The notes under the pieces were generated by a model. The model saw nothing but the letters and a program-made list of their open reading frames with translations, was not told the DNA's origin and did not search any database. A stretch of 64,000 nt of DNA from the human T2T-CHM13v2.0 reference genome, Homo sapiens, in NCBI RefSeq assembly GCF_009914755.1, contig NC_060927.1; one strand, 5' to 3'. The position numbers and the translations under genes were made by a program. Position 1 is the first letter of the stretch. Every line of letters starts with the position of its first letter. Below, piece after piece: positions 1 to 11,393 of the stretch.

Positions 1-170
1 GCTCGCACATGGTGCGCGCACCCACTGACCTGCGCCCACTGTCTGGCACTCCCTAGTGAGATGAACCCGGTACCTCAGATGGAAATGCAGATATCACCGT
101 CTTCTGTGTTGCTCACGCTGGGAGCTGTAGACCGCAGCTGTTCCTATTTGGCCATCTTGGCTCCTCCCCC
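1..170 (-). mobile_element. 5' end (5'UTR nt 1-170) of a young L1PA2/L1PA3-like LINE-1 that continues beyond the left window edge
   Basis: The reverse complement reads GGGGGAGGAGCCAAGATGGCCAAATAGGAACAGCTGCGGTCTACAGCTCCCAGCGTGAGC...GGTCAGTGGGTGCGCGCACC, the canonical L1 start. The flank (reverse complement AAAAACCTAATTTGT) resembles an endonuclease target. Confidence 0.95.
150..159 (-). promoter_or_regulatory. YY1 site of the L1 internal promoter
   Basis: CAAGATGGCC is intact at about L1 nt 12-21. Confidence 0.8.
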
Positions 171-1430
171 ACAAATTAGGTTTTTATTAACATAATGCTG
201 TTGTAAATATCACTGCTGTAATTATCCTTACGTAAAAGTTTTCCAGTTCACCTTTGATAACTTTCTCAAAGCAAATATCTCAAAGTGGAATTGCTATGTC
301 AAAGGATATGAAAATTTTAAGTATCTTTAAAGAGATAAATATCGTTTTGTAGGAGGGAGGAAAGGTTAAATCTTTTTTGAATTGTACTATTGAATATTTT
401 TCATTGTCTATTTAAAAATAAGATTATTTGCTTTCATGTTGATTTCCAATCACTTGAAAATAATAAATACAGTAAACTTTTGTCAAATTTATGGCACAGT
501 ATTTCCTAAATTTTGTGTTTATCTGTAAATAACAGAAATCCTTAAAAAGTAACTCATTGTATCTATAAACAAAGTAAGTATAATGTAGAAAGTTTGGGCT
601 TCCAGACAATAAAAACTAGAAATGACATACTTTCACAACTTAGGATAACCACTATAAAGTAATGTTTCATATATTTCCAGATTTTTTCTCATATAAATAC
701 ATTTTAACATGCCTTTGCAATCTGATTTTGTCAGAAATCATCTCCATTCCTTAATTTAAGAAAATTTTAGTTTCATTTAATCAACTGTATTCAAGTATTC
801 CCAATTATTCCAAAAATGTTTTTTACAGTTTGCTAATTAAGACTAGTACTGAATTCAGGCCCATATATCACATCTAGCTTTTATGAACCCTAATTCAATG
901 CAATAAAAAAAGGTTGTGTTAGTTTAAGAAAAATCCTTCATTTATCCATCTTTTTAAACCACTGTTAATTTGGCCTTCATTTCTGCGTATGATCTTATTT
1001 CAGAAATAGTCTAGAATTTGATATTTAGAGGTGACGTGCTGCTACGAGAGAACTTAAATGGCTTTGGCTTAGTAGCTGGTTGATGGACAGTGTTGACAGA
1101 TCATTGCTGTCTGGAAAGCTGTGACCTTGTGATTTCATTATTAATTTTTTGGTCAAATTGTCATCTGTGATGTCTTGGAACTCAGACAAATTTTGTATCT
1201 CTAGTGAAATGAGTTGGAAAACTCAAAATGATGGTATTAGTTATCTAATTTTTGTAGTTTCTATTTTGAAAAATTAAATTGATAAAGAGACAAGAGTTTA
1301 ACACATGCTAAGGATAAGAGGTGCCTCTGGAGAGGCAGTCCAACGAGTGTATGAGCCTGTGCCCCTATCCAGTACCTCCCATTAAAAATTATCAAGTTAA
1401 CAATTTTGTCTCCCCATCCCAAGCAGACTC

Positions 1431-1913
1431 TGTCAGTACTCTGCCACTGTTCACTGTAATCTCTTTACAATTTCAGTTCACATCAACTTCCAGACTGCTT
1501 TCTCTTCCTGCAGCCAACACCTGCATCTCTTTTTTGGCAGACTGCCCTTGATCTACTGGCACCGCTTTGCCTCAAACTGGGAAAGCCAGAATTACTGGCA
1601 AAGATAAATGTCTTTATTTATCCTGGGGCAGCCCCTAAACAATGACCAGTAGATATAGGAGTATAAATACTCCAGCTTCCTTGTGACTTGATTAAAACAA
1701 CATTAAAAATGTGGTTTATACCACTATATCATCTCCAAAGCTCCCCTGGGTGTTTGAGGCGATGTTAACTTTCACTAGCTTTCTTGACTTTCTTAACATC
1801 TTAGTCCACTTTTCCACTCCTTTGTTGCTTTTCCTTGATAACATGTGCTAATGAAGCACTTTCACATGAATACTTATCTTTGGTTCTGCATCCTGGGAAT
1901 TCCATCAGAGACA
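1431..1913 (+). mobile_element. Old ERVL solo LTR, LTR16-like
   Basis: TGTCAGT start, internal GGGGCAGCCCCTAAACAATGAC and GGAGTATAAATACTCCAGCTTCC, and a 3' end ...TCTGCATCCTGGGAATTCCATCAGAGACA resembling the LTR16 terminus. Confidence 0.6.
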
Positions 1914-2129
1914 TCATCCAAGCTCATTATTTTAATAGGATTCCATTGATCCTTTACTAAGTTGAAAAACAGAGAAATGGACAGATCATTTAGGCTAGGA
2001 AATAAAGGAGCAAAATTATCAAGTATAAAATAAATGTATATTTACATTATATCTTTTGCTATTGTTTCTGGCACATAATGATTGACTGAAAGTAACTAGA
2101 CCAGAGGTCTAACAGATTATTAAGAGTAT

Positions 2130-3201
2130 TTTACTGTTCCAGGCATCACAAGCATGAGCTTCAAAGCCTGTGGCTGTTTGACACTTAAAGCAACCCAGAG
2201 CTGCACAACCCTCAAAAAGGTAATTCTTTTCAGTGCCCATTTCAGAAGTGGCCATGGAGGATAAAATACAAGGGAGAAACTCCAAGAGGAAAAGTCCTCG
2301 ACCATAAAAGAAAACAAACCCAAAAGCAAACTAACCATTACTAGATACATTAATCCAGCAACTTAATTCATGGACAAGACTACAAATGTTCACAATATTT
2401 TCACAGCAAGATTTAATAAGTTGTTAAGAAGAGTAACAACTGTGTATTTCCCATTCCTACCTTCTCCAAAAAGCAGTTTTTATTGCAGATATTCTGTGCA
2501 CACACTCTTCTCTCCACCATTGTATATGGAGTGTGATGAGGGTTGAGAGAGAAGCAAAAACACTTACATTTTAGTTTATGGGTTGCAAGATAATGAAGGA
2601 ACACACGGAGAACTAAAGAAAAGTACTTCATACAAGCCAAAGACCTTGGGTGTTGAGCTGAAGGTCACAACTACATAGAATTTTGACTCTTTTAGGGAGG
2701 AGTGAGTGGTTCTACCTATGAAAAAAACTGCAAATATATACAAGAAGTGTGGACTATATAAGATACTGCTAATTGTCCATACCTACACATTCTTCTTCAA
2801 TTTTTCCACCTTTAGTAACAGAACCCCTAAATTTTAGCTAGAATGTGGTGGGTTTAGCATGACCACCCAGTTAAAGACATTTCCCAATCTCATTGGCAGA
2901 TAGGTGTGGCCACATAAGTTCAGGTCAGTGGTATCTGAATAGATAGAACAAATTCAATGTTCAGTTTATGACTTGAAGGAGGATGGCTGTATCTTCCCTT
3001 GTCTTTTTCTCATCTTCTTGGCAGTTAGTATGTGTTTGTTAGTATGTGTTTGTGATAGTGAGAGCTGAATAGTGTTACCATGTCCTACCTGGACTACTTA
3101 GGATTGAAATACTGTGGGAAAAAGGAATAAACATCTGTCTTTTAAACCACCTTTATCTGGGCATTTGATTTGGCTGCTTAGCTAGGATCCTAAGTAATAT
3201 T
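2130..3201 (+). mobile_element. MaLR internal remnant followed by an MLT1J-like LTR (LTR about 2755-3201)
   Basis: TTTAGTAACAGAACCCC, ACATTTCCCA...GGTGTGGCCACAT, GAATAAAC and a CCTAAGTAATA end, preceded by MLT1-internal-like sequence. Left boundary is approximate. Confidence 0.6.
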
Positions 3202-3544
3202 CAGATAAGGATTGAATTCGGTTCAGTCATATGAGCTTGAACTCCTAGGAACACTCCTTGGTGAGTGCGTGATTCACCTTCTTGTATTTAGCAAGGTAAA
3301 ACATTAATTGTAAATTAACTCCCAGCTGTCCGGGCTTCCCAGATTCAATATTAGCGTGGCTCTGCTTGCTTCTACCTCCGTTGATTCTAGGAAGACAAAA
3401 AGAAAAGATTTTCATTAATTAGGCAACTGGACAAAGCTAACAAAGCATGATAAGACTTGTCACTTATCACAATAAATCATTGTTTTATAATGAAAAATAT
3501 TCAATTAACTTTGCAAAGCTTGATCTCTATGTTTTCTTTTTCAA

Positions 3545-3690
3545 ACCTTGCAACATCTCTATAAGGCATGTACTAACATTATTTCTATTTTACACATGAG
3601 GAAGCTAAAGCAGAGAGGCTAAGTAACAATTAGTATTAGAATCCAAACAATCCGAACCATTATTCTGGACTTTGAACCACCACTCTCTAC
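3545..3690 (-). mobile_element. MIR fragment
   Basis: TTTTACACATGAGGAAGCTAAAGCAGAGAGGCTAAGTAAC is the reverse complement of the MIR core. Confidence 0.7.
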
Positions 3691-5299
3691 CACTCTGAGA
3701 TCTCAAGTGTATTTCAAAGACTTGCCGAAGTTTCATTTTTACAAAATGGAGAGATTGATATGTCAGACTACATAACAGACGTTAAGGTAGGTTATTATGA
3801 GATACCTCAAAACCTATTTTTGTGGCCTAGGAATATAGATATCTGTACTTGTTGGAGGAAAAAAATGCTTACAGGCGAATAAAAGAAATAGGTATGGAAA
3901 TGCATAAGTTTTTATTTGGGTTTTTTTTTTTTAGGATGACTTTAATAGTCATTTTTCTTGACTTCTATTCTGAAGAGATAATACATAGAATCAGCAGACC
4001 TAAATGAAAATAATAGAATTAAGTTTGGTTCTATCAGCCTTCAGAAAGTGAATTAACCCTGTAATAAGATTCTCTCCTAAAGTTCAGGTCTCCAGTCTCC
4101 TGCAGGGAATAACTCCCACTGCATCACACTGCTGACCATCCCAGTGCAGAGTCCCAGCTTAACCTAGCCAGAGGAAAGTAAAACGATGTATTAGATTGAG
4201 TGGGTTACTTAAAGGACACTGATGGTCAATTTTAGAATCAATGGGACCATCAAGAAGGGAGACAAAGAAGGGTGAATGGAGGAAAGCAAAGTACATGGAA
4301 TTTGATTTAGGTTGGGAGTGAAAACATTATCATTATTCCAAATGGGTTATAAAGAGCAGCTGAAAAACATTTCAAGCAAAGCTGAAGATAGAAGTATACA
4401 TTAAAAACAAATGTCTTTTGATGAACAAACTCAACGAAATGTCAAATGTATGTATGTTAATTATCTAAGAATCACTCTGATGATGGCCTGCTGCTAATTT
4501 ATTTGTCAAACGACAGAAGTCAGCAGCCTCCAGCAGGAAGCCATCACATGTACGACAGACAGGGAGACTTGGCAGGCAGGCAGGAAGCCTTTGACTGAGT
4601 TAATACTAAACTGTTTTCAGAAATGCACAACCTAAGACTCTCCTGAGTAAGCCCCAAACTCAAGACTTGGCACATTTGGACCCCAAGGACAAAAGTATGC
4701 AGATTTTTTTTACATATGCGTGAATATGATTCTCTGAAAACTGACCTAATTTAATGCAAGTTTATATGCGAGATAATTTTGCTTTCCTCACATATACCTT
4801 TCATTTAATAGTAGGAATGTTCTCTCTGGTTCAGGCTGGTGATCTATACCACACAAAATTTTACAAATACATTTATTTTCCTTCTATACAACGCACATTA
4901 TTTCTGCTCTGAAGACCCTGACCTAAATTAAACACACTTGCAGAGGATGACTTAATTTTCCAAGCTACTTGGGAAAGAAAATGAGGATTTGCAAGTTTCA
5001 GAGGATGAGATTTAGACAGGCGAGCGTGTCAGTTATAGTGATATGAATCCAGAGGAATGATTTCCCTTTTCCTGGCCCTTAGAAAAAACCAGATATATCC
5101 ATGTTCAGTCCTAGTACAGGTGACATGGAAGTTGCGTAATTGCCTGTTTCATAGGAAGTGAGAAAGACTGAGTTAATAAAAGCTCTAATCTGAATATCTT
5201 TAGTTAAGATAATGCTACAGAAATTATTCTTAGGGAACTGTCCTGAGTATACCTTGTCCAATCGAGAAGAACTGTTTAGATTGAGACTTAAGGAGCATG

Positions 5300-5420
5300 T
5301 GTTGTTCTGGTGTTGTTTCTGCAGATAATTGATCTGTGTAACCCGGTAAGTGACATATGCTCTCCAGAAAACTCTCTTATCTGTAAAATGTGTGAGAATG
5401 ACTGGAGTCGTTACATTACT
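5300..5420 (+). mobile_element. MIR fragment
   Basis: CTGTGTAACCCGGTAAGTGAC...CTCTTATCTGTAAAATG matches MIR CTGTGTGACCTTGGGCAAGT...CTCATCTGTAAAATG. Confidence 0.55.
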
Positions 5421-5773
5421 TAGAGAACTAAGATCTGAATTTTAATAACTCAATGTCTTAAAAGGAACAGGATTTTAGAAAAGGAGCTCTTAATCCCCAA
5501 AGGAAAAATTAAGATACTGAATGTCTGCTAATTTCTACATACACTCTTTTCCAAAGTACTATAGTTGTCTTCCATGTAATTATTTCTTTAACTCAGTTTC
5601 TTTGTTAGTTTTATTCTTGTGGAAGATGTATTTACCCTCCATCCTTCAAATTACAATTCTTTTTCTTACTGGTACCCTTCATTGTTCATTTCACTTTTAC
5701 TCAGTAACTTTTGTCAGGAATTACCTCAAATTTTAATGAGTGTTTTGAAGAAGTGTCTGGAAATTCCTTAGAC

Positions 5774-5969
5774 TACTGCTGTCAAATAGAACTTCTGAAG
5801 ATGATGGAAATGTTCTTTTTCTGTGTTGTCCAATACAATATACACTAGCCACATGTAGCTATCGAGTGCTTGAAATTTGGCTAATGCAAATAAGAAACTG
5901 ATTTAATTTTAGTTTATTTTAATTTAAATAGATACATATGCCTAGTGGCTAGTGTATTGTACACTGTAA
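5774..5969 (+). mobile_element. MER3 (hAT-Charlie non-autonomous DNA transposon)
   Basis: GCTGTCAAATAGAACTTCTGAAGATGATGGAAATGTTCT...CACTAGCCACATGTAGCTATCGAGTGCTTGAAAT...CTAGTGGCTAG. Confidence 0.85.
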
Positions 5970-6662
5970 TGTAGAAGATCAGAAAACCTGTCTGCATAAA
6001 TTAAACTAAATTAAATGTGAGTTACTTTTTAATCTCACATTTAGATGGAAAGAACCTGTCCAAAATGTTGGCAGAGATATTAGGACTGGAGATGTGGTCA
6101 GATGAGGATGGTTCATGGAGACTGGAAGTACAATTTTTTTGACATGGCCCAATCAGGGTGTTTGGCAGAAACTGACTGTGTCAGTATTATGGGGGAATTT
6201 ACATTAAAGCTACAGAGAATCTTGCAGAATCAAAGGAAAAGCTGAGTAACAAGATCTCAGAAGGACAGCATCCTGTTATGGTCCAAATAAATGAGCAGTG
6301 AGAGGAAATACACAGTCTCTTCTGGAATGGCCCATTGGGATGAGTTCCCTCCAACCAAGCTCTTTCCTGGGACCTCTCTGTCTCAAACTCAAATTCTAGA
6401 TATAGGTGGTCAAGACTGGATCATGTAGCACTCCTTGTTCAGGGAAAGTCAGATACGATACCTAGATTACCATTTGAGAAAGATAAATTCAGGTTTTCTC
6501 TGCTACCAGAAAAAGAGGGCAGGGCAACCAATGATAGATATCAGTTTTTGTGAACTGACAGGTTTAATAAATGCCATGTTCTATATTTATAGATTTGCCC
6601 CACCACAAAGACATCTCCCTTTGCTTGGCCTTCATACTTAGTATGTTTTAATGTAAATGGAA

Positions 6663-6945
6663 TACACACACACATATATATACACACACACAAATATACA
6701 TATACACATATGTGTCTATATATGTACTATATATCTATTTATATCTGTATCTCTCTATGTATATATTATATATAACATATATATAATATATAACATATAT
6801 AATATATAACATATATAACATATATAATATATAACATATATAACATATATAATATATAACATATATAATATATAATATATAACATATATATTATATATAC
6901 ATAGAGCATAATATATATATCATATATATCATATATATACATAGA
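6663..6945. repeat. Compound (CA)n/(TA)n and (ATATATAAC/ATATATAAT)n low-complexity tract
   Basis: Directly visible. It explains the Y/I-rich pseudo-ORF at 6766-6951. Confidence 0.95.
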
Positions 6946-7202
6946 GAGCATTTATCATGTTAGGTGCTTTGATATATGCAATTTCACTTAAGTCTTAATG
7001 GAAATTTTTTGAGAAAGGGATTAAATTATTTTCCATGTGGAAAGTGCATCTTGGCATGTTTACACAACATATTTAGTTTTATATTAGAAGACAGATGCAT
7101 CTGGTCCCTGCTTGAAGTTACTGCATATAAGTCAATTTTATGCAAGAGCAGCACCACAGAATTAAATCTTTTTAGGCATGGAGACAGTCTATTCAACTCC
7201 AT

Positions 7203-7610
7203 GATTTTACAGGTGCAGAACTGAGAGTCTAAAATGGCATTGTCCATTGCAGTGGTCATGAGCTACATGTGGCTACTGAGCACTTGAAATGTAGCTAGTT
7301 CAAATAAAGATGTGCTGTAAGTGTAAAATACTCACTGGGTTTTGAAAATTTAATATGAAAAATGTAAAATATCTCATGAATAATTTTTAAATTGATTGTA
7401 AGTCAACATGATAATATTTTGCATATTTCGGGTTAAGTAAAATATATTTTTAAATTAACTTTACCCATTTTTAATGGAGGTGCTAAAAATCCAAAAAGAC
7501 ATTTGTGACTTGAATTACATTTGATTGGACAGTGATGATCTAGAAAGTTAAATGACTTGATCAAATGCTTACAGCTAGACAGCGACAAGGTAGGAATCAA
7601 CTCATTTCTT
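7203..7610 (-). mobile_element. MIR split by a MER33 insertion
   Basis: TTTTACAGGTGCAGAACTGAGAG stops at 7234 and resumes after 7538 as AAGTTAAATGACTTGATCAAATGCTTACAGCTAG. Confidence 0.65.
7235..7537 (+). mobile_element. MER33 (hAT-Charlie)
   Basis: CTACATGTGGCTACTGAGCACTTGAAATGTAGCTAG...GATGTGCTGTAAGTGTAAAATAC...TTGGACAGTGATG, with a degenerate 8-bp TSD GTCTAAAA/ATCTAGAA. Confidence 0.85.
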
Positions 7611-7751
7611 GTGATCTTCCCTATTCTAAGACCAATGTTGCAGGCTTGCCTTAGGTAGCTTGATCATTCCTTTATTTGTTTCTCAATCTTTTTAGAATAT
7701 GTTGGTGTCCTACATGACATCTTTCCATCCCTTTTAAAAATATTACACCTC

Positions 7752-8009
7752 TTGGGAGACCGAGGCGGGCGGATCACAAGGTCAGGAGTTCGAGACCAGC
7801 CTGGCCAACATGGTGAAACCCCATCTCTACTAAAAATACAAAAAATTAGCCAGGCACGGTGGTAGGTGCTTGTAATCTCAGCTACTCGGGAGGCTGAGGC
7901 AGGAGAATCACCTGAATCTGGGAGGCGGAGGTTGTAGTGAGCTGAGATCCGCCACTGCACTCCAGCCTGGGCAACAGAGCAAGACTCCGTCTCAAAAAAA
8001 AAAAAAAAA
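7752..8009 (+). mobile_element. 5'-truncated Alu, AluSg-like
   Basis: GGATCACAAGGTCAGGAGTTCGAGACCAGCCTGGCCAACATGG, poly(A) at 7994-8009, degenerate TSD ATTACACCTC/ATTGCACTTC. Confidence 0.95.
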
Positions 8010-10012
8010 TTGCACTTCACAATTATATAAATTTGCTTAGCTTTCAATTATTATAATTTTAAAAAACATACTCCAATAAAAAGCAGTAGGCAAAAATAAA
8101 TTATGTCAATTCATTTCTTTTTCATATCCAAATAGATAGGCATAGAAGGACATGAGAGCTTGAAATATCTGTACACTAGATTTAAACATGGCCTTCCAGA
8201 ATATTAGATGTTGTACCATTTCCCTCCTTATTTAGAACACTGCTTGAATGTGGCTGGTTCACACCAGCCAGTCAGGTTTATATCTATTCATAGTAATTTT
8301 AAAACAAACTTTCTTCCATTTTCCCTCTCTATTCCTCTGCATTAGCATTTGAGCATATTAAAAGGTAGTTTTCTTTTCTTGCACATGGCAGTAGATGGAT
8401 TCCTATTTGCGTCTGTGACCAGCCCTCCAGGAGGCCTCTCACAGAGCAGTCAACAGTTAAGCCAATCTAAGGGCTGGTCTTCCAGCTTCTACGAGAAGAA
8501 GTGGGCAGCAGCATGGAGAAGATGAAGGAAAATTCAATGATTCTTCCAACCTGGAAATGGAGGAGCTCTTCATTTAAAGTGGTAATAAAGAAACAGAAGA
8601 TCAGACATCTCCAGTTTTAAACTCACTGACAAACACACAGAAATAGTGAGAATATTGGGTCTGTCTTTTGGACATGTTTTACTTGGTGTTCTGCAGTCCA
8701 GTTCTACTGGCGATGTAGTGAGGAAGGTAACGTATTTTCAATTATTTAAGCAGGAATGTGAAGCTTATATATGTATTATAACCAAACAAATTTACTTCAC
8801 AGAGAATAATAATTTTTAAAATATGACCTGCAGTTTTTGGTAAATGCTTAACTTTATATACTTATGCTGCCAAGAAGACATGAAACTCTTCTGAAATTCA
8901 TTGCTGCAAAGAAACAAGTCTTCAGACATGAATGCCTAGTATTGCTATCTACCTAGAATCATCAGAGTAATTCAATGATATCTTCAGGCCACAGCAGAAT
9001 GATAAGTTGAGGTTTGATAGCAGGTTTATCATTATCATCATCAACTTCCACCTGAATCCAGTAAGCCAGGTTTTGTACAGGAAGATTCTCATTCTACATA
9101 TTTCTTAAATGAGGAAAAAGAATCCCAATCAGTTCAATTATTCTCACTATCAAATATAAATACCTAAGGAGCATACCAGATCTTGAATGGAAATAAAGCT
9201 TTTCTTAAAACAGAGTTGTCTTAAGAGTTTCTCTTTCTGCTTATAAAGACAATGCACACTTTCTTGGAATTGATATGAGAAGCAACTGAAATAATATACA
9301 GAATATTGAAAAAGATTACTTGAGATGATATGATAGTAGACACTAGATCATTTTTTTTCATTTTTTTAACTCCTCAACACAAACTACCTTTTAAAATTCT
9401 CTCTACCTGCCCATTACTGATGACAAGGGCAACTGGAGGTCCCTGGGAAAGAAGACTGATAGAAATTTATCACATATTAAAATATATTTTATCACTTAAA
9501 AGCATTTTTCAGAAAATGTTTCACAATATATTTCTGAAGTTTTGACTCAATAATGTTTATTGAGAATTATTATGTGCCAGCTGCTGCTTGTGTTACTCTC
9601 ATATGAGGATTCTAACAACTCTGTTTTAACGGATTATTTTTTATCTCTGTTTGGATATAAAGACGCTGAAACTCAAGGGAGCAAAGTGTCTTTCAAAGTT
9701 ATGAAACAACACTAAACCAAGTTAATACTAGACCTGTGATTTTAAAATTTTTTATCTGACTCAAAGGTCTATTCAATTTCTTTCATCTAAAACTGAAAAT
9801 GTTACTTAAACTCCATTTAAACATAGTTGTACATTATATATATAATATAGCAATGCATTTAACTCCTTAAGTATATTAATTCATTAATTTTTCAGAATCC
9901 TCACTTTTTGTCTCTAACAAATGTGAAGTAAATAATATTATTCATGCTGCCTATCTGTTTTCAACATTTTCCTTGTTCTAGATTCCTTATTTCTGACATC
10001 AACAAAATTTGA

Positions 10013-10040
10013 AAGGAGAGGGAGAGAGAGAGAGAGAGAG
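10013..10040. repeat. (GA)n microsatellite
   Basis: Directly visible. Confidence 0.9.
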
Positions 10041-10753
10041 AAACTATCTCAAAATATTTATTTCCATTTGGTTTTCACTTCCTCAAGCAAGAAACCTATG
10101 GTTATAGTATACAACACTGTGAGTATCGATTGTTTCAAAATTAACCTGTTTCTGAAAAGTCAAGTTGTGGAGTCAAGATGTCATAGACTCAGCAACAAAT
10201 CAACAGGAAGCAATGAGAAGCATCTGGAACAGACACAGTGCCCTCATCCACTTCTACTATAAAGGCAGAATAACATCAAAGGTAAGGTTGTCCCAGGATG
10301 TATTGGGGCCTTTCAGCAAAAGGCATGTAAGCTAAATAACCTTAACTAAGACAACAACCCTGACCAAGAAAACATACTTAAGAGCGAATGTGATATTTCT
10401 TCTAGAAATTTAGAAAAACAAATTTAACATGGCAATTAAAACTGAGATTGACAATTTAAGACCTGAGATTAAACTGATAAATGGAACCACAGGTTTGAAA
10501 AAAGAATTTACTTGCAACTAGAGTAGGATTTACTGAACTAATGGATAGAAGTACCAATGTGTTATTAATTATGTCTTGGAATTTCTTATTTTTTTGTTGC
10601 TTATTTTGTTCTTTGTTCTGTTTGGATCTTGCAATATAGATTTTTAAGGTAAATTTTACAAATTATTTTCATAACTTGAAATATGAGTATTTGTATTTAA
10701 AAGATTAGTGAGTAATTTCAAAGTATCGATCTTTGTTTTCCTTAATTTCTTTT

Positions 10754-11044
10754 TTCTTTTTTTTTTGAGACGGAGTCTTGCTCTGTCCCCAGGCTGGAGT
10801 GCAGTGGCGGATCCCAGCTCACTGCAACCTCCACCTCCCGGGTTGAAGCGATTCTCCTGCCTCAGCCTTCTGAGTAGCTGGGACTACAGGTGCACGCCAC
10901 CAAGCCCCGCTAATTTTTGTATTTTTAGTAGAGATGGGTTTTCAGCATGTTGACCAGGATAGTCTCGATCTCTTGACCTCGTGATCCACCTGCCTCAGCC
11001 TCCCAAAGTCCTGGGATTACAGGCATGAGCCACTGCACCTGGCC
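10754..11044 (-). mobile_element. AluSc-like
   Basis: The reverse complement contains GGATCACGAGGTCAAGAGATCGAGAC. Perfect 13-bp TSD CTTAATTTCTTTT at 10741-10753 and 11045-11057. Confidence 0.95.
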
Positions 11045-11298
11045 CTTAATTTCTTTTATTTAATCTTTCAATGCATAAACTCCTCCATGATGTAGCAAAT
11101 AGTAGCATCGTCTAGTTGTTGATGAAAACAAGTAATAAAATAATTAGGAAGAGCTTCTCAGTTTGCTTAAAACATCAATGATAGTGATACATTGAGAAAA
11201 TCAGTTAGTCACGATGTTCACCTCTGACATAAAACTCTAATTTGAGGGCAATAGCAAGAGTGAGAGAGAGAATGAGAGTGAAAGGAAAATTAATAAGC

Positions 11299-11393
11299 TC
11301 AATGCTTGAGGAGGCATAGGTAAAATAGAAATTAGGTGTAGTAGGAAGACTTGTTAGCATATATAGGTGATCTGAGCCTGTTGTACATTTAAA
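11299..11393 (+). repeat. Copy A of a 95-bp dispersed direct duplication
   Basis: Ungapped match to 12529-12623, with 12 mismatches in 95 bp by hand count. Confidence 0.9.

Noticed and set aside
7664-8047. Alu-spanning ORFs (also 10708-10953, 32716-32988, 39760-40179, 51279-51554)
   Set aside because: Typical antisense-Alu translations, not genes.
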